This document shows positions 10,616 to 21,099 of a DNA stretch of 64,000 bases, in pieces. Positions within the stretch are counted from its first letter, which is position 1, and each line of letters opens with the position of its first letter. The position numbers were made by a program, and so were the translations under genes. The stretch is from positions 16,310 to 80,309 of the forward strand of contig JAEZSC010000004.1 of NCBI GenBank assembly GCA_023422005.1. The letters run 5' to 3'. A model generated the notes under the pieces. That model ran no database searches and was not told the DNA's origin. It saw nothing but the letters and a program-made list of their open reading frames with translations. Source of the DNA: Bacillota bacterium. GTDB taxonomy: Bacteria > Bacillota > Clostridia > Christensenellales > UMGS416.

Positions 10616-13165
10616 ATGAATGCAATCCGGCCGAAAACAGAGTATTTGCTTGACCCCCTTGGCATCGACATCCCGATACCCAGGCTATACTGGAACTGCG
10701 ACGGCGGGCTGCGGCAAACAGCTTACCGCATTGTGGCGCAGGATGCGCTGGGCCGGGAAGTCTGGGACAGTGGCCGCGTGGAGAGCGATCGTATGACGCA
10801 CATTCCCTATGAGGGCAAAACGCTGGGCAGCCGCGATCGCATACTGTGGAAGGTGTGTTTATGGGATGAGAATGGCGAATCGGGCGACTGGAGCCAGCCT
10901 GCCAGTTTTGAAATGGGCTTGTTGCATGGCACTGACTGGACAGCCAGATGGATTAGCGGCAACTATAGACCTTCCAGGCGCCGGCGGTATCCGGTGGATT
11001 GTTTCAGCAAGACCTTTTCTGCGGGCATGGATATCGCGGCAGCCAGGTTGTATATCACCGCCTGTGGTCTGTATGAAGCGTGGCTCAACGGGCAGCCTGT
11101 GGGCGATCAGCGGTTTACGCCCGGCTATACCGATTACCGACAGCGCGTACAGTACCAAACGTATGATGTAACGGGGATGCTAGCCTGTGGCGAAAACACG
11201 CTGCAAGTTGAGCTGGCCGACGGATGGTATCGCGGCAGCCTGGGCGCATTTGGGTTCACCCACGTTTTCGGCAAAGAGACAAAGCTTCTGTGCCAGTTGG
11301 AAATTCGATATGCCGACGGCAGCGCTCAGACGGTCGCCTCCGACGGCAGCTTTGCGTGGAGCAATGACGGACCGGTACGCTTTGCCGACCTGAAGGACGG
11401 CGAGACCGTTGACGCTCTGCGGCGGCCTTCTTATGCCGATAAGGCCAAAGTGACAGCGCACCCTGTTGTGCCGACGGCGTCCAACAACGTACCGGTCTGC
11501 GAGCAAGAGCGTATCAAGCCCACGCTCATCGTCACTCCCAACGGTCAAAAGCTGTTGGACTTCGGGCAGAACATTGCAGGCATTGTAGAATTCTCGCTGC
11601 ATGCCACCCAGGGACAACGGATTTTCCTGCGGTTTGGCGAGATCCTCGACGAGAACGGCGAGTTTACGCAGACCAACATACAGTGCAAAAACCGCCGGCA
11701 ACTGACGCCCCTGCAGCAGGTAGAGTATTTCTGCCAGGACGGCGAAAACAGATACAAAACCCGGTTTGCTGTATTCGGTTTCCAGTATGTGCTTGTGCAG
11801 ACCGACGTTCCCTTTGTTCCAGAGGATTTCACGGCGATTGCCATCTATTCGGCAATGGAGCAGACCGGCAGCTTCACCTGTTCCAATGCGCGCATCAACC
11901 GCTTTGTGGAGAACACCCTTTGGAGCATGAAGGGCAACTTTCTGGATGTGCCCACCGACTGCCCCACCCGCGAACGGGCCGCATGGACCGGCGACGCACA
12001 GATTTTCTTTGGTACGGGAAGCTATCTGATGAATACCGCTCCCTTCTTCCGCAAGTGGATGAAGGATGTCTTCGACCGGCAAACCCGCGACGGCAAGGTG
12101 CACTGCATCACGCCGACGGTGGGCAACGAAATGTACATCTCACGCATGGACGGCTCCGTGGGTTGGGCCGACGCTGCGGTCTACATCCCTTATCGTTACT
12201 GGAAGCGCTACGGTGATAGGCAGCTCCTGCAGGATTGCTATCCGGGGATGCGGCGGTACGCCAAGTTTATGATAGGCCGCACGAATCGCACGGGGTTGCT
12301 GGGAAAGCCTGTGAAAGGGCCGGACAAAAGGTACACTTACAATTCCGGTCAAGCCTTTGGCGAGTGGCTGGAGCCCCGGGACATGTACGTCGAGACGATC
12401 TGGGGAGACCTGGCCCGCCCCCGGCCGGAGGAGGGCACGGCGTATCTCTCTTATACGATGGCCCTGCTTTGTGAAATAGCAGGTGAGCTTGATAAACCGG
12501 AAGACGCACTGCTCTTTGCCGAGTACCGTGATGGTGCAAAGAGGGCATACAACCATCTTTTTGCGCCGGAGGGCACCATCGACACCGACCGACAGGCCAA
12601 GCTGGTGCGGCCGCTGGCGCTGGGACTGTTGGATGATGAGACCCGCAGCAACGTGGGCCAGAGGCTGGTGTGCGCCGCGGAAAAGCGCGGCTACCGCATC
12701 GGCACTGGTTTTCTTTCCACGCCGTTGATACTGCCGGTGCTGACGGAACTGGGGCATGCGGATGTGGCTTACAAGATGCTGGAGCAAGAGGAGATGCCCG
12801 GTTGGCTCTATGAGGTAAAGCAAGGCGCCACGACAGTATGGGAGAACTGGGACGGCTCCGCCAGCCGCAACCACTATTCGCCGGGGGCGGTATGCGAGTG
12901 GCTGTTTGACACGGCCTGCGGTATCCGTATTAACGGGGAGAACGAGTTCATACTCGAGCCGCAGCCGGGCGGCACGCTGACTTGGGCGCAGGCCTGCTAT
13001 GACAGCGTCTATGGGCAGGTGTGCTGCCGGTGGGAGAAGGACGGCGGTATCACCCGCTACACGGTGACGATACCGGCGAACACCGTTGCGACAATGGTAC
13101 TGCCCGATGGAAGGCGTAGCCAACTGACCGCGGGAACCCACGAATTGCTGCAAGATAAGGGCTAA
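10616..13165 (+). CDS. Alpha-L-rhamnosidase (GH78-like)
   Basis: N-terminus EYLLDPLGIDIPIPRLYWNC and length are typical of GH78. The six-hairpin domain motif DCPTRERAAWTGD is present. ATG 10616 is preferred (GAGGTG RBS); 10598 is also possible. Confidence 0.85.
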   Translation: MNAIRPKTEYLLDPLGIDIPIPRLYWNCDGGLRQTAYRIVAQDALGREVWDSGRVESDRMTHIPYEGKTLGSRDRILWKVCLWDENGESGDWSQPASFEMGLLHGTDWTARWISGNYRPSRRRRYPVDCFSKTFSAGMDIAAARLYITACGLYEAWLNGQPVGDQRFTPGYTDYRQRVQYQTYDVTGMLACGENTLQVELADGWYRGSLGAFGFTHVFGKETKLLCQLEIRYADGSAQTVASDGSFAWSNDGPVRFADLKDGETVDALRRPSYADKAKVTAHPVVPTASNNVPVCEQERIKPTLIVTPNGQKLLDFGQNIAGIVEFSLHATQGQRIFLRFGEILDENGEFTQTNIQCKNRRQLTPLQQVEYFCQDGENRYKTRFAVFGFQYVLVQTDVPFVPEDFTAIAIYSAMEQTGSFTCSNARINRFVENTLWSMKGNFLDVPTDCPTRERAAWTGDAQIFFGTGSYLMNTAPFFRKWMKDVFDRQTRDGKVHCITPTVGNEMYISRMDGSVGWADAAVYIPYRYWKRYGDRQLLQDCYPGMRRYAKFMIGRTNRTGLLGKPVKGPDKRYTYNSGQAFGEWLEPRDMYVETIWGDLARPRPEEGTAYLSYTMALLCEIAGELDKPEDALLFAEYRDGAKRAYNHLFAPEGTIDTDRQAKLVRPLALGLLDDETRSNVGQRLVCAAEKRGYRIGTGFLSTPLILPVLTELGHADVAYKMLEQEEMPGWLYEVKQGATTVWENWDGSASRNHYSPGAVCEWLFDTACGIRINGENEFILEPQPGGTLTWAQACYDSVYGQVCCRWEKDGGITRYTVTIPANTVATMVLPDGRRSQLTAGTHELLQDKG

Positions 13166-13217
13166 GGGAACGTATTAGCCGTCGCGAACACAGGCAATCA
13201 CAGGGAGGAGAAAGGGC

Positions 13218-14636
13218 ATGAGGAGAACCAAGGCGCAGTACCCCTTGAATTTCAAGACACTGTTCGGCGTCACGACGATGGGCTTTTTGCAGACCGTCGC
13301 CAACTCACTGATGACTGCGATGCTGATGCTGTATGTGACCGACTATTCCGGTCTGTATACGGGCATCGCCGGCAAGGCAGCGCAGATTGCCACGGTATTG
13401 CTGCTGGTCGGCCGCCTGTGGGATACGTTCAACGACCCTCTGTTCGGCTATTTGATGGACCGCAGCCCCCGCACCCGCTGGGGCAAGTTCAAGCCCTTTA
13501 TGTTCGGCGGCACGCTGGCCGCCACGGTGCTGATCATACTGCTGTTCAACATTCCCAGCGGGTTGGGCGACATGCAGAAGGTCGTCTGGCTCTACGTGGT
13601 CTACATCGTGTTCGAGATCGCATTCTCGCTGATGCCTATGCAACCGCTGACGATCTCGCTTTCAGACGATGAGCAGGTGCGCACGAAGTTGTTGATCTAC
13701 CCGAGGATTGGCAACATGCTGATCGCCATACCGGTGTCATTTTTCCTAGCCATTGCCACGATGCTAGGCCATGGCGGCACGCCCAACATCGGCCTTGCTG
13801 TGCTGCTGTTCTGCCTGCCGGTGGGCATCGTGTCGCTGCTGGGCATCGTGGCGATCAAGGAAGGCCGCGCTGACGCCCAGGAGGAGAAGGTCGTGCTGCG
13901 GGACATCCTGCGGATGTATGGCGCGAACAAACCTCTGCTCATTTCCTTGCTTTCCGGTCTCTTCGGAGGCTTCATCTTCAACTTTCTGATGGCCGCGATC
14001 ACCTACTACATAAAATACGCGTTCGGCGCGGAGAACCTTGGCACCCAGAGCGCGGTGTGGGGCGGTGTGATGCTGTTGGGCATTCTGGCCGGTACATTCC
14101 TGGCCCAGGCCGTTCAAAAGAGGGCCACACCAGGTCAGTGTTCCATCATCGCTACATCCATCGGCATTGTGCCGCTGGCGGTGCTGTGGCTCATCAGCCT
14201 GGCAGGGCCCATTCACAATGCGGTCGTATTGTATTCTTTGCTGTTCCTGTCGGTCATCGGAACCGGCATGGGCTACATCCCCGGTTCCCTCATCGGCATG
14301 GAGTGTATGGACTATAACAAATACAAGATGGGCAAGAGCATGGAGGGGTTGGTCAGTACCACGGGCACATTTGTGATGAAGTTGCAGTCGGCGATTTCCA
14401 GCACAGTGACCGGCGCTGTGTTGATTGCCGTGGGGTATGACGCGCAGCGGTATCAAAATGCGTCGTCCATCCCGGATTCGCTATTCAACGGCCTGGGCAT
14501 TGTGCTATTCGCACTACCGGTGCTGTTTGGACTGTTGTCCATCGCCGCGATGTGGTTTTATCCGCTGCGCACGAAAGCCCGACGCGATGAGATGTACGCG
14601 CAGCTCTATGGTGCAAGGAACAACGAACAGAATTGA
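13218..14636 (+). CDS. Glycoside-pentoside-hexuronide (GPH)/MFS sugar:cation symporter
   Basis: 12 TM-like segments. GPH signature WDTFNDPLFGYLMDRSPRTRWGKFKPF. RBS GGGAGGAG. Confidence 0.8.
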   Translation: MRRTKAQYPLNFKTLFGVTTMGFLQTVANSLMTAMLMLYVTDYSGLYTGIAGKAAQIATVLLLVGRLWDTFNDPLFGYLMDRSPRTRWGKFKPFMFGGTLAATVLIILLFNIPSGLGDMQKVVWLYVVYIVFEIAFSLMPMQPLTISLSDDEQVRTKLLIYPRIGNMLIAIPVSFFLAIATMLGHGGTPNIGLAVLLFCLPVGIVSLLGIVAIKEGRADAQEEKVVLRDILRMYGANKPLLISLLSGLFGGFIFNFLMAAITYYIKYAFGAENLGTQSAVWGGVMLLGILAGTFLAQAVQKRATPGQCSIIATSIGIVPLAVLWLISLAGPIHNAVVLYSLLFLSVIGTGMGYIPGSLIGMECMDYNKYKMGKSMEGLVSTTGTFVMKLQSAISSTVTGAVLIAVGYDAQRYQNASSIPDSLFNGLGIVLFALPVLFGLLSIAAMWFYPLRTKARRDEMYAQLYGARNNEQN

Positions 14637-14660
14637 AACAAGACATGCGGAGGGATATCA

Positions 14661-15683
14661 ATGGATCAGCAATTTTGCAAGGGCTTAAACATCGGCGGAT
14701 GGCTGTCGCAGTGTCCACACACGGAGGAGCACTACGGTACCTTTATCAACGAGGGTGATATCCAGCGCATCGCGGCTTGGGGGTTCGACCATATCCGCCT
14801 GCCCTTTGATTGCCAGCTGGTTGAGGACGATGCCGCGCCGGGGCAGTATAAGGAAGATGGCTTTGTCCACATCGACAACTGCCTGCAGTGGTGCGCCGAT
14901 GCAGGGCTTAACGTGATACTGGATATGCACGCCGCACCGGGATACTATTTTTTCGCCAACCAGAATACGCTTTTTGACGACCCGGCAATGCAGCAGCGCT
15001 TTGTGGCGCTGTGGCAGGTCATTGCTCTGAGATACCGCTCGCTGGGTGGCAGTGTGCGGTTCGAACTGCTCAATGAAGTCGTGGAACCGGACAGCAGCAG
15101 GTGGAACGCACTGTATCCGAGGGTCATCGAGGCGATCCGCCGCATCGACCCACACCGCGTGATCGTCGTCGGCTGCAACCGATACAGTGCCGCCGCGGAG
15201 TTGAAGAACTTGACACTGGTGGACGATGTGCGTGTCGCTTACACAGTCCACTTCTATGAACCCTATGTATTCACGCACCAGCGCATTAAATGGGTAGACA
15301 TCCTGCGAGACTACGACACAGCGCTGAGCTATCCCGGCGTTGTTGCCGGCATCGCGGAGTTCATCGAGAAGTTCCCGCAATACGAATACGCCCGGGCTCT
15401 GCAGGACCTGCCGATGAACCGCGCAACGATGTTCGCGCAATTGGAAGACGCTGCACAGTTCCAGCAACAGCACAAGAGGACGGTGTATCTAGGGGAGTTC
15501 GGCGTGATTGAGGGTGTGGATGAGGCCAGCCGGGACGCGTGGATATCCGACGTGCTGGACTTCTGCCGGGAGCACGGCATAGGCTACGCGCTGTGGAGCT
15601 ACAAGGCCATGGACTTCGGCCTTGTGACACAGCAGGGTGATGTGATCTCGGAGAAATTGGTCAGGCTTCTGGTTGAGGGCTAA
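14661..15683 (+). CDS. Glycoside hydrolase family 5 (cellulase/mannanase-like)
   Basis: GLNIGGWLSQ, HIRLPF, acid/base LLNEVVEP, nucleophile region VYLGEFG, and WSYK near the C-terminus. Confidence 0.8.
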   Translation: MDQQFCKGLNIGGWLSQCPHTEEHYGTFINEGDIQRIAAWGFDHIRLPFDCQLVEDDAAPGQYKEDGFVHIDNCLQWCADAGLNVILDMHAAPGYYFFANQNTLFDDPAMQQRFVALWQVIALRYRSLGGSVRFELLNEVVEPDSSRWNALYPRVIEAIRRIDPHRVIVVGCNRYSAAAELKNLTLVDDVRVAYTVHFYEPYVFTHQRIKWVDILRDYDTALSYPGVVAGIAEFIEKFPQYEYARALQDLPMNRATMFAQLEDAAQFQQQHKRTVYLGEFGVIEGVDEASRDAWISDVLDFCREHGIGYALWSYKAMDFGLVTQQGDVISEKLVRLLVEG

Positions 15684-15750
15684 AAGCGATCAAAGTATGT
15701 TGAACACTATGTTCATTCAGTTCATCAATTATTGTATTGCGTAATAAACT

Positions 15751-15839
15751 GCCCCTGCTTTATAGCAGGGGCTTCAATCGCTTGTTATTAATTCCTGCAA
15801 CCTGCTAGATGGGCTGTTATGAGTTGCGTGTTATTAACA
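15751..15839 (+). repeat. Structured junction repeat, copy c
   Basis: Hairpin GCCCCTGC/GCAGGGGC, then TTCAATCGCTTGTTATTAA, CTGCTAGATGGGCTGTTATGA, and GTTGCGTGTTATTAACA. Confidence 0.7.
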
Positions 15840-16224
15840 AACTCTCATGTATCCCAGCATACTAGAGAATAATGTAATTTCTTTAGATTAAGTCAGGTTG
15901 TACACGGAAATAATTTATATGGAACTCGCAATCCCATGACAATTACGCTCTACCCTGCGATAGACCACGTACCCCACGTGGCCTAATTTTTTTATGTATA
16001 AGATTATTTGTGGATGATGACAGGGAAGGGAACCAACTTCGCATTATTGAGAAATCTCTAATACGCGCGGCTGCGGGCTGCAGACCTTCCGGGAGTGCAG
16101 AAAGCCTGTTGTGAAGAGGGTGATTTGCTGATAGTCGATGGAATCGTCGGCCCGGAGACTTGGAAACGGCTCATCTGAATATGCTATACCAGATCCAAGT
16201 CTCTCAGCGAAAGGAGACCTTCGC

Positions 16225-16554
16225 ATGGATAGACCAAGAGGATACCAGGCGATTGCGAGATGGTTGTTTTTTGCGCTGGCTCTCCTCAACGCCCTGGACC
16301 TCCTCTGCACCGCGATCTTCATGACCCGGTACGGCACGAGCATCGAGACGAATCCCGCGATTGTTGCTCTGTATGAGCGCAGCCCGTGGGGTTTTGTAGT
16401 TGTAAAGCTTGCAATCAGTGCGGTGATGATCTGCATAGGCATCAACCGGACACGACTAAAGAAGTGGATGACATTTGCCATCGCCCCGCCGGCTCTGATT
16501 TACGGCTATGTGGTGGGGACGTCCCTCTACTGCCTTGCCACACTGCCTTTCTAA
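16225..16554 (+). CDS. Small membrane protein, DUF5658-like
   Basis: ATG 16225 with AAGGAG RBS. LNALDLLCT...ETNP motif and 3-4 TM segments, recalled as DUF5658-like. Confidence 0.55.
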   Translation: MDRPRGYQAIARWLFFALALLNALDLLCTAIFMTRYGTSIETNPAIVALYERSPWGFVVVKLAISAVMICIGINRTRLKKWMTFAIAPPALIYGYVVGTSLYCLATLPF

Positions 16555-16577
16555 AAGATGTTTTGTCTTGTTGGTAA

Positions 16578-16712
16578 CCCATAACAGCACCCTGGAGAGC
16601 GAACCTGGCATCGTATAAGTCGAGGCCATTACAGTAGAGGCGGGGGCCTCAATTGCGTGTTATCAGTGATCCTTGACCTTAAGGTAGGCACTTGAGTTGC
16701 ATGTTATTAACA
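16578..16712 (+). repeat. Structured junction repeat, copy d
   Basis: CCCATAACAGCACCCTGGAGAGCGAACC...CGTATAAG. Hairpin ending GGGGGCCTC. Then AATTGCGTGTTATCAG, and spacer plus GAGTTGCATGTTATTAACA. Confidence 0.8.
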
Positions 16713-16877
16713 GAGTAGACCAGAAATTTCACCATTCATATTCTTCCGAATTGCGACAAGATCGTCGGTTTTCTCATGAACACTTGTCCTCTTGATAAAC
16801 TGAGATTGTGGGACACGAACACATTAGAGGGACCCGTAAGATCGTCGAGAGCAAACCTTGCGGGTCCTCCGTGCTGT

Positions 16878-17693
16878 TTATTCATCGCACTCGTCGTGAT
16901 GCTGATGCTGATGGCACACCGACCCAGTGGATTTTAGTGTTCCGCGCAGGTAGGATTCCACCGCCTCATCGGCACTGCCGATCGCGCTCACGATGACCTC
17001 AATGTTCTTTTCGCTGAAGATGTCGATGGCACCGCCGCCCATCCCGCCCGAGATGATGACGTTAACGCCCTTGTCATGCAGGAAGTTTGGCAGGAAGCCA
17101 GGCCGGTGGCCAGGGTTGGCGATGGATTCGCTCCGCACAATCCGGTTGTTTTCCACGTGGTACAGGCGGAACCCCTCGCAATGCCCGAAATGCTCTGTCA
17201 CCTGGGTTCCTTCACTTGCTACCGCTACGATCATGGACCTTTCCTCCTTGTGTTCGATGTATTCGTCCAGTATCTGGGCCGCGCACGCGACGTACTCGGC
17301 ACACGGTCGTTTTTGATAATAGCCTTCCGTCCTTTTCTCAGGGGTGGGGTCATCGTGCTCCACGGTCAAGCCCAATAAGTCCCGGCAGATCAGCGAGTCG
17401 TTCTCGGCCTTGAAGCGCAGAGCCAATGTCTGAACAAGCCGGTAGTGCTCCGCCTTGGCCTCGTCGTCTTCCGGGTCCGCATACCCATAGAGTAGGCCAG
17501 CCGCCATCAGCATGCCGCTGACCGCCCCGCAAACCTCGCGAAGCCTGCCCATGCCGCCGCCGAAGGAAGAGGAAAGCTTGAGAGCGGTCTCGAAGTCCAT
17601 CTCCGTTTCGTCGCAGAACGCGGCGAAGACTGACTGCGCACAGTTGTAGCCCTGCTCAAACAGCTCCCTGGCCCTATCGCAATGGCGGCTCAT
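16878..17693 (-). CDS. Fusion protein: C_GCAxxG_C_C family domain plus NifX/NifB-like (COG1433) domain
   Basis: GYNCAQSV, VCGAVSG, CRDLLG and PCAEYVACAA in the N half. The C half (MIVAVASEG...EHFGHCEGF...GGMGGGA) resembles the dinitrogenase FeMo-cofactor-biosynthesis-like fold. His/Cys-rich tail. Confidence 0.7.
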   Translation of the reverse strand: MSRHCDRARELFEQGYNCAQSVFAAFCDETEMDFETALKLSSSFGGGMGRLREVCGAVSGMLMAAGLLYGYADPEDDEAKAEHYRLVQTLALRFKAENDSLICRDLLGLTVEHDDPTPEKRTEGYYQKRPCAEYVACAAQILDEYIEHKEERSMIVAVASEGTQVTEHFGHCEGFRLYHVENNRIVRSESIANPGHRPGFLPNFLHDKGVNVIISGGMGGGAIDIFSEKNIEVIVSAIGSADEAVESYLRGTLKSTGSVCHQHQHHDECDE

Positions 17694-18538
17694 TGCGGCT
17701 TGCCTCCGGCATCGGCTTCCAGTAGGTCTGCCACGTTGTCAAACCAATCACCCTCATACAACTCAATCATGCCTTTGTCACAGGCTGTGGCGAGTTTGGG
17801 ATCAATCGGCAGCTTGGCCAGTACATTGAGATGATGCTTTTCGGCAATCTCCTCAATGTGGCTGTCGCCAAAGATTGGGTAGTCCTTCCCGTTGTCCGGG
17901 CAGTGGAAGTAGGACATGTTCTCCACCAGGCCAAGGATCGGAATGTTCATCATCTCTGCCATCTTCACAGCCTTGGCGACGATCATCGAAACGAGCTCCT
18001 GCGGGGAAGTCACCACGACGATGCCATCCACGGGGATGGATTGAAACACCGTCAGCGGCACATCACCGGTGCCCGGAGGCATGTCGATGAACAGGAAGTC
18101 CACCTCGTTCCAGATCACGTCCGTCCAGAATTGCTTAACCGTGCCCGCGAGGATCGGCCCGCGCCAGATCACGGGGTCGGTGTCGTTCTCCAGCAGCAGG
18201 TTGATCGACATGATCTCGATGCCGGTTTTGCTCTGGGCGGGGAAGAGGCCGAACTCACTGCCTTGGGCCTTCGCCCAAATGCCAAATGCCTTAGGGATGG
18301 AGGGGCCAGTCACGTCCGCGTCAAGTATGGCGGTACGGTGCCCTCTGCGGTTCATCGCCACAGCAAGCATGGATGTGACCAGGGACTTGCCGACGCCGCC
18401 CTTGCCGCTCATGACGCCGATGACCTTTTTCACACTACTGAGCTCATTGAGCTTCTCAGAAAAGTCGTTCTCTTCCCGGCTCCGTTCAGCACAACTCTCC
18501 CCGCAGCTGCCACAATCGTGGTTGCAAGTTTCACTCAT
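17690..18538 (-). CDS. Mrp/NBP35/ApbC-family Fe-S cluster carrier ATPase
   Basis: Cys-rich N-terminus CNHDCGSCGESC, deviant Walker A GKGGVGKS, CPxC-like FHCPDNG region. 4-nt overlap with the next gene. Confidence 0.85.
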   Translation of the reverse strand: MSETCNHDCGSCGESCAERSREENDFSEKLNELSSVKKVIGVMSGKGGVGKSLVTSMLAVAMNRRGHRTAILDADVTGPSIPKAFGIWAKAQGSEFGLFPAQSKTGIEIMSINLLLENDTDPVIWRGPILAGTVKQFWTDVIWNEVDFLFIDMPPGTGDVPLTVFQSIPVDGIVVVTSPQELVSMIVAKAVKMAEMMNIPILGLVENMSYFHCPDNGKDYPIFGDSHIEEIAEKHHLNVLAKLPIDPKLATACDKGMIELYEGDWFDNVADLLEADAGGKPQ

Positions 18539-18555
18539 TGGTTTTTCTCCTTTTG

Positions 18556-19383
18556 CTATATCGTAATTTGATCTCCCGTGGATAGGGATTGGATCGATTC
18601 GCCCATCTCCTCCTTCAACAGAAGGTAAGGTTGGACGCCGGTGCAGTGGCAGGTATAGAACATTGCCCGCGTGCCGGCAAGGCGGTGGCCGAGCGCATGG
18701 ATCAGGGCGGGGGGCTCGTTAAGGCCGGCCGAACCGCGAACCAAGTGAAAGCCGCCGATCACACAGTCTGGCAGGCGGCCTGCAAGCTCCTGGAAGCGTT
18801 GAAGGATGTTGACGATGCCGGCATGTGCGCAGCCCGACAGCAGCACTGCGTTTCCGTATTCGCGGAGGATGAGGTTCTGCTCGTGCGCAAAAGGGTCGGG
18901 GAGCAGGGTGCCTCCGTGCCGCATCAACAACCCTTGGTTTGCGGCAGGTGCGAAATAACCACCGCACTCCACCCCGGCAAACAGCTCCAGCTCCTCGTCA
19001 ATGACCAAGTGTTTGCCAGCAAATACTAAGCGTTCGCTGGCAAGTAGGGACGGCTCCAATCCGATGTAGCGTGTTTCACCATTAGCCCGTTGGGAGTAGT
19101 GCTCCCCAAACGCCGCACGGTTCAGGTATATCCGGGCCTTCTCGTTGACACCCAGGAACGCCTTTAGCCCACCGCCGTGGTCATAATGGCCATGAGAGAT
19201 GACAACCGCATCGACGGCCGACAAACCCACATCCAGCTTGGTCGCGTTTTGCACAAAGAGTTCACTCGCGCCGGTATCGAAGAGCAACTTGTGCCGCTGT
19301 GTTTCGATGTAGAGGCACAAGCCGTGCTCGCTGCCCAGTTCGGGTATGTTCGACGTATTCTCCACCAGTACCCTGATGATCAT
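18556..19383 (-). CDS. MBL-fold metallo-hydrolase
   Basis: HxHxDH motif ISHGHYDHGGG. ATG 19383 forms an ATGA overlap with the upstream stop. Confidence 0.75.
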   Translation of the reverse strand: MIIRVLVENTSNIPELGSEHGLCLYIETQRHKLLFDTGASELFVQNATKLDVGLSAVDAVVISHGHYDHGGGLKAFLGVNEKARIYLNRAAFGEHYSQRANGETRYIGLEPSLLASERLVFAGKHLVIDEELELFAGVECGGYFAPAANQGLLMRHGGTLLPDPFAHEQNLILREYGNAVLLSGCAHAGIVNILQRFQELAGRLPDCVIGGFHLVRGSAGLNEPPALIHALGHRLAGTRAMFYTCHCTGVQPYLLLKEEMGESIQSLSTGDQITI

Positions 19384-20264
19384 CTGCCGCACCCATTGCC
19401 TTCTGGGAACAGGAGTTCCATCGTTGCGCCGAAGACGCCCCTCACCGCCCGACCCGAAGCGCAGTCCCTGTCTACGATGGACTGTCCGGCGTTGGTAGCT
19501 TTGACCGCATCGGGGTCAAACGGGATTCTCCCGACGAATGGAATTGCCTGTTCCCGGCACAGTGCCTCGATCTGGTCGGTGATCGCGGGGCTCGCATCGG
19601 CCTTGTTGACGCAGACCGCCGCCTTGGTTCGGAAAATTCCGGCGGTTCTCAGAATGCGTGCCATGTCGCTGATGCCCGAAATGGACGGCTCGGTGACGAC
19701 CAAAACCATATCCGCGCCGCTCATGGAAGCGATGACCGGGCAGCCAATGCCGGGTGAACCATCAATGACGGCGAGATCTACGTTCCGCGCGGCGGCATTC
19801 ATTCGATTCTTCACCTCAGACACCAGCTTCCCCGATGTTCCCGCACCGGTTTTCTGCCTCGCCGTGGAGAAGATCGCGTCGCCGCTCTTATATAGAGCAA
19901 GCTCCCCGGCGACGGAGGGTTGCATCGAAACGGCTCCCGCGGGGCATACGGCCTCGCAGACCCCACAGCCCTCGCAGGCAGACGCGTCCACGCGGTACCC
20001 CACCTCCTGCAAGATTGCACCAAAACGACAGTGTTGCGCGCAAAGCCCGCAGAGCGTGCAGGATGCGGAGTCAATGACCGCCTTGGACAGCCCGTCATAC
20101 GCTGTGCGTTCAGGCGCATCGGGATGCTTCATGACCAGATGGAGGTTGGGGGCGTCCACGTCGCAGTCCGCATAGGCCTTGGCATTGGCTAGGCGGATGA
20201 AGGCGCTGGCAACTGTCGTTTTCCCGGTGCCGCCTTTGCCGCTAAGGATGACAAGCTGCTTCAT
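19380..20264 (-). CDS. MinD/ParA-superfamily P-loop ATPase with inserted 2x[4Fe-4S] ferredoxin domain (COG1149-like)
   Basis: Walker A SGKGGTGKTT. CTLCGLCAQHC and CEGCGVCEAVCP cluster motifs. Confidence 0.8.
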   Translation of the reverse strand: MKQLVILSGKGGTGKTTVASAFIRLANAKAYADCDVDAPNLHLVMKHPDAPERTAYDGLSKAVIDSASCTLCGLCAQHCRFGAILQEVGYRVDASACEGCGVCEAVCPAGAVSMQPSVAGELALYKSGDAIFSTARQKTGAGTSGKLVSEVKNRMNAAARNVDLAVIDGSPGIGCPVIASMSGADMVLVVTEPSISGISDMARILRTAGIFRTKAAVCVNKADASPAITDQIEALCREQAIPFVGRIPFDPDAVKATNAGQSIVDRDCASGRAVRGVFGATMELLFPEGNGCGR

Positions 20265-21099
20265 GTTGCGCCTCCTTTGCGACGGTTTGCAGCAGGGTGG
20301 AGAAGAGCGCCCGATACCGGTCGCTTTCCCGAGCCGCGATCTGTGCGCTTGCGTTCAGGTTGCCGAGTTCGCTGTCATAGGGAATGCTGCCAAGGATTGG
20401 GATGCCACGCACGATGCAGAACGCCTCTGCCGGATTCGGCTGATCCAGGCACTTGTTCAGGATTACGCCGTATGGTATATGGAAGAGAGCCACCAAGTCA
20501 CAAACCATCGCCAGGTTATGGACGCCAAACACCGTCGGCTCGGCTACCAGAACGCAATAGTCCGTGTCCCGAATGCTCTCCATAACGGTGCAGGCACTGC
20601 CGGGCGGACAATCGATGAAGGTGAGGGGAGCGTCGGACACACTGCCTTCTAGCAAGCGGCGGATGACCCCAACGCCCGATGCTTCGCCGACGTTCATCAT
20701 GCCCGTGCACACGGTCACCGAGCCGGAGAGGCCCGTTTGAATGCTCCCGATCGACTTCTCCCTCTCAGTGATGGCACCCTCCGGGCAAAGCAGCACACAC
20801 CCACCGCAGGAATGGCACACTTCCTCAAATACCAGCACCTTGTTTCGGGCATAGGCCAGCGCATTGAATTTGCAGAAGTTGGTGCATTTGCGGCAGCCGC
20901 TGCACCGCCCGGCATCCACCATGGGGATGGGGATGAAGACCTCTTGCGTGTGAACCATCTCCGGCCGAAAAAACAAATGCCCGTTCGGTTCCTCCACATC
21001 GCAGTCGATGTAGGTAGCCTCTCCTGCTGCCGCAGCCAGATTGACCGAGACCAGCGTTTTCCCCGTCCCGCCTTTGCCGCTGAGTACCGCGATTCTCAC
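20242..21099 (-). CDS. MinD/ParA-superfamily P-loop ATPase with inserted ferredoxin domain (paralog)
   Basis: GTG 21099 ([15 protein letters not shown]) in a GTGA overlap with the upstream stop. CSGCRKCTNFC and CHSCGGCVLLCP motifs. The longer 21210 start overlaps the upstream gene. Confidence 0.75.
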   Translation of the reverse strand: MRIAVLSGKGGTGKTLVSVNLAAAAGEATYIDCDVEEPNGHLFFRPEMVHTQEVFIPIPMVDAGRCSGCRKCTNFCKFNALAYARNKVLVFEEVCHSCGGCVLLCPEGAITEREKSIGSIQTGLSGSVTVCTGMMNVGEASGVGVIRRLLEGSVSDAPLTFIDCPPGSACTVMESIRDTDYCVLVAEPTVFGVHNLAMVCDLVALFHIPYGVILNKCLDQPNPAEAFCIVRGIPILGSIPYDSELGNLNASAQIAARESDRYRALFSTLLQTVAKEAQHEAACHP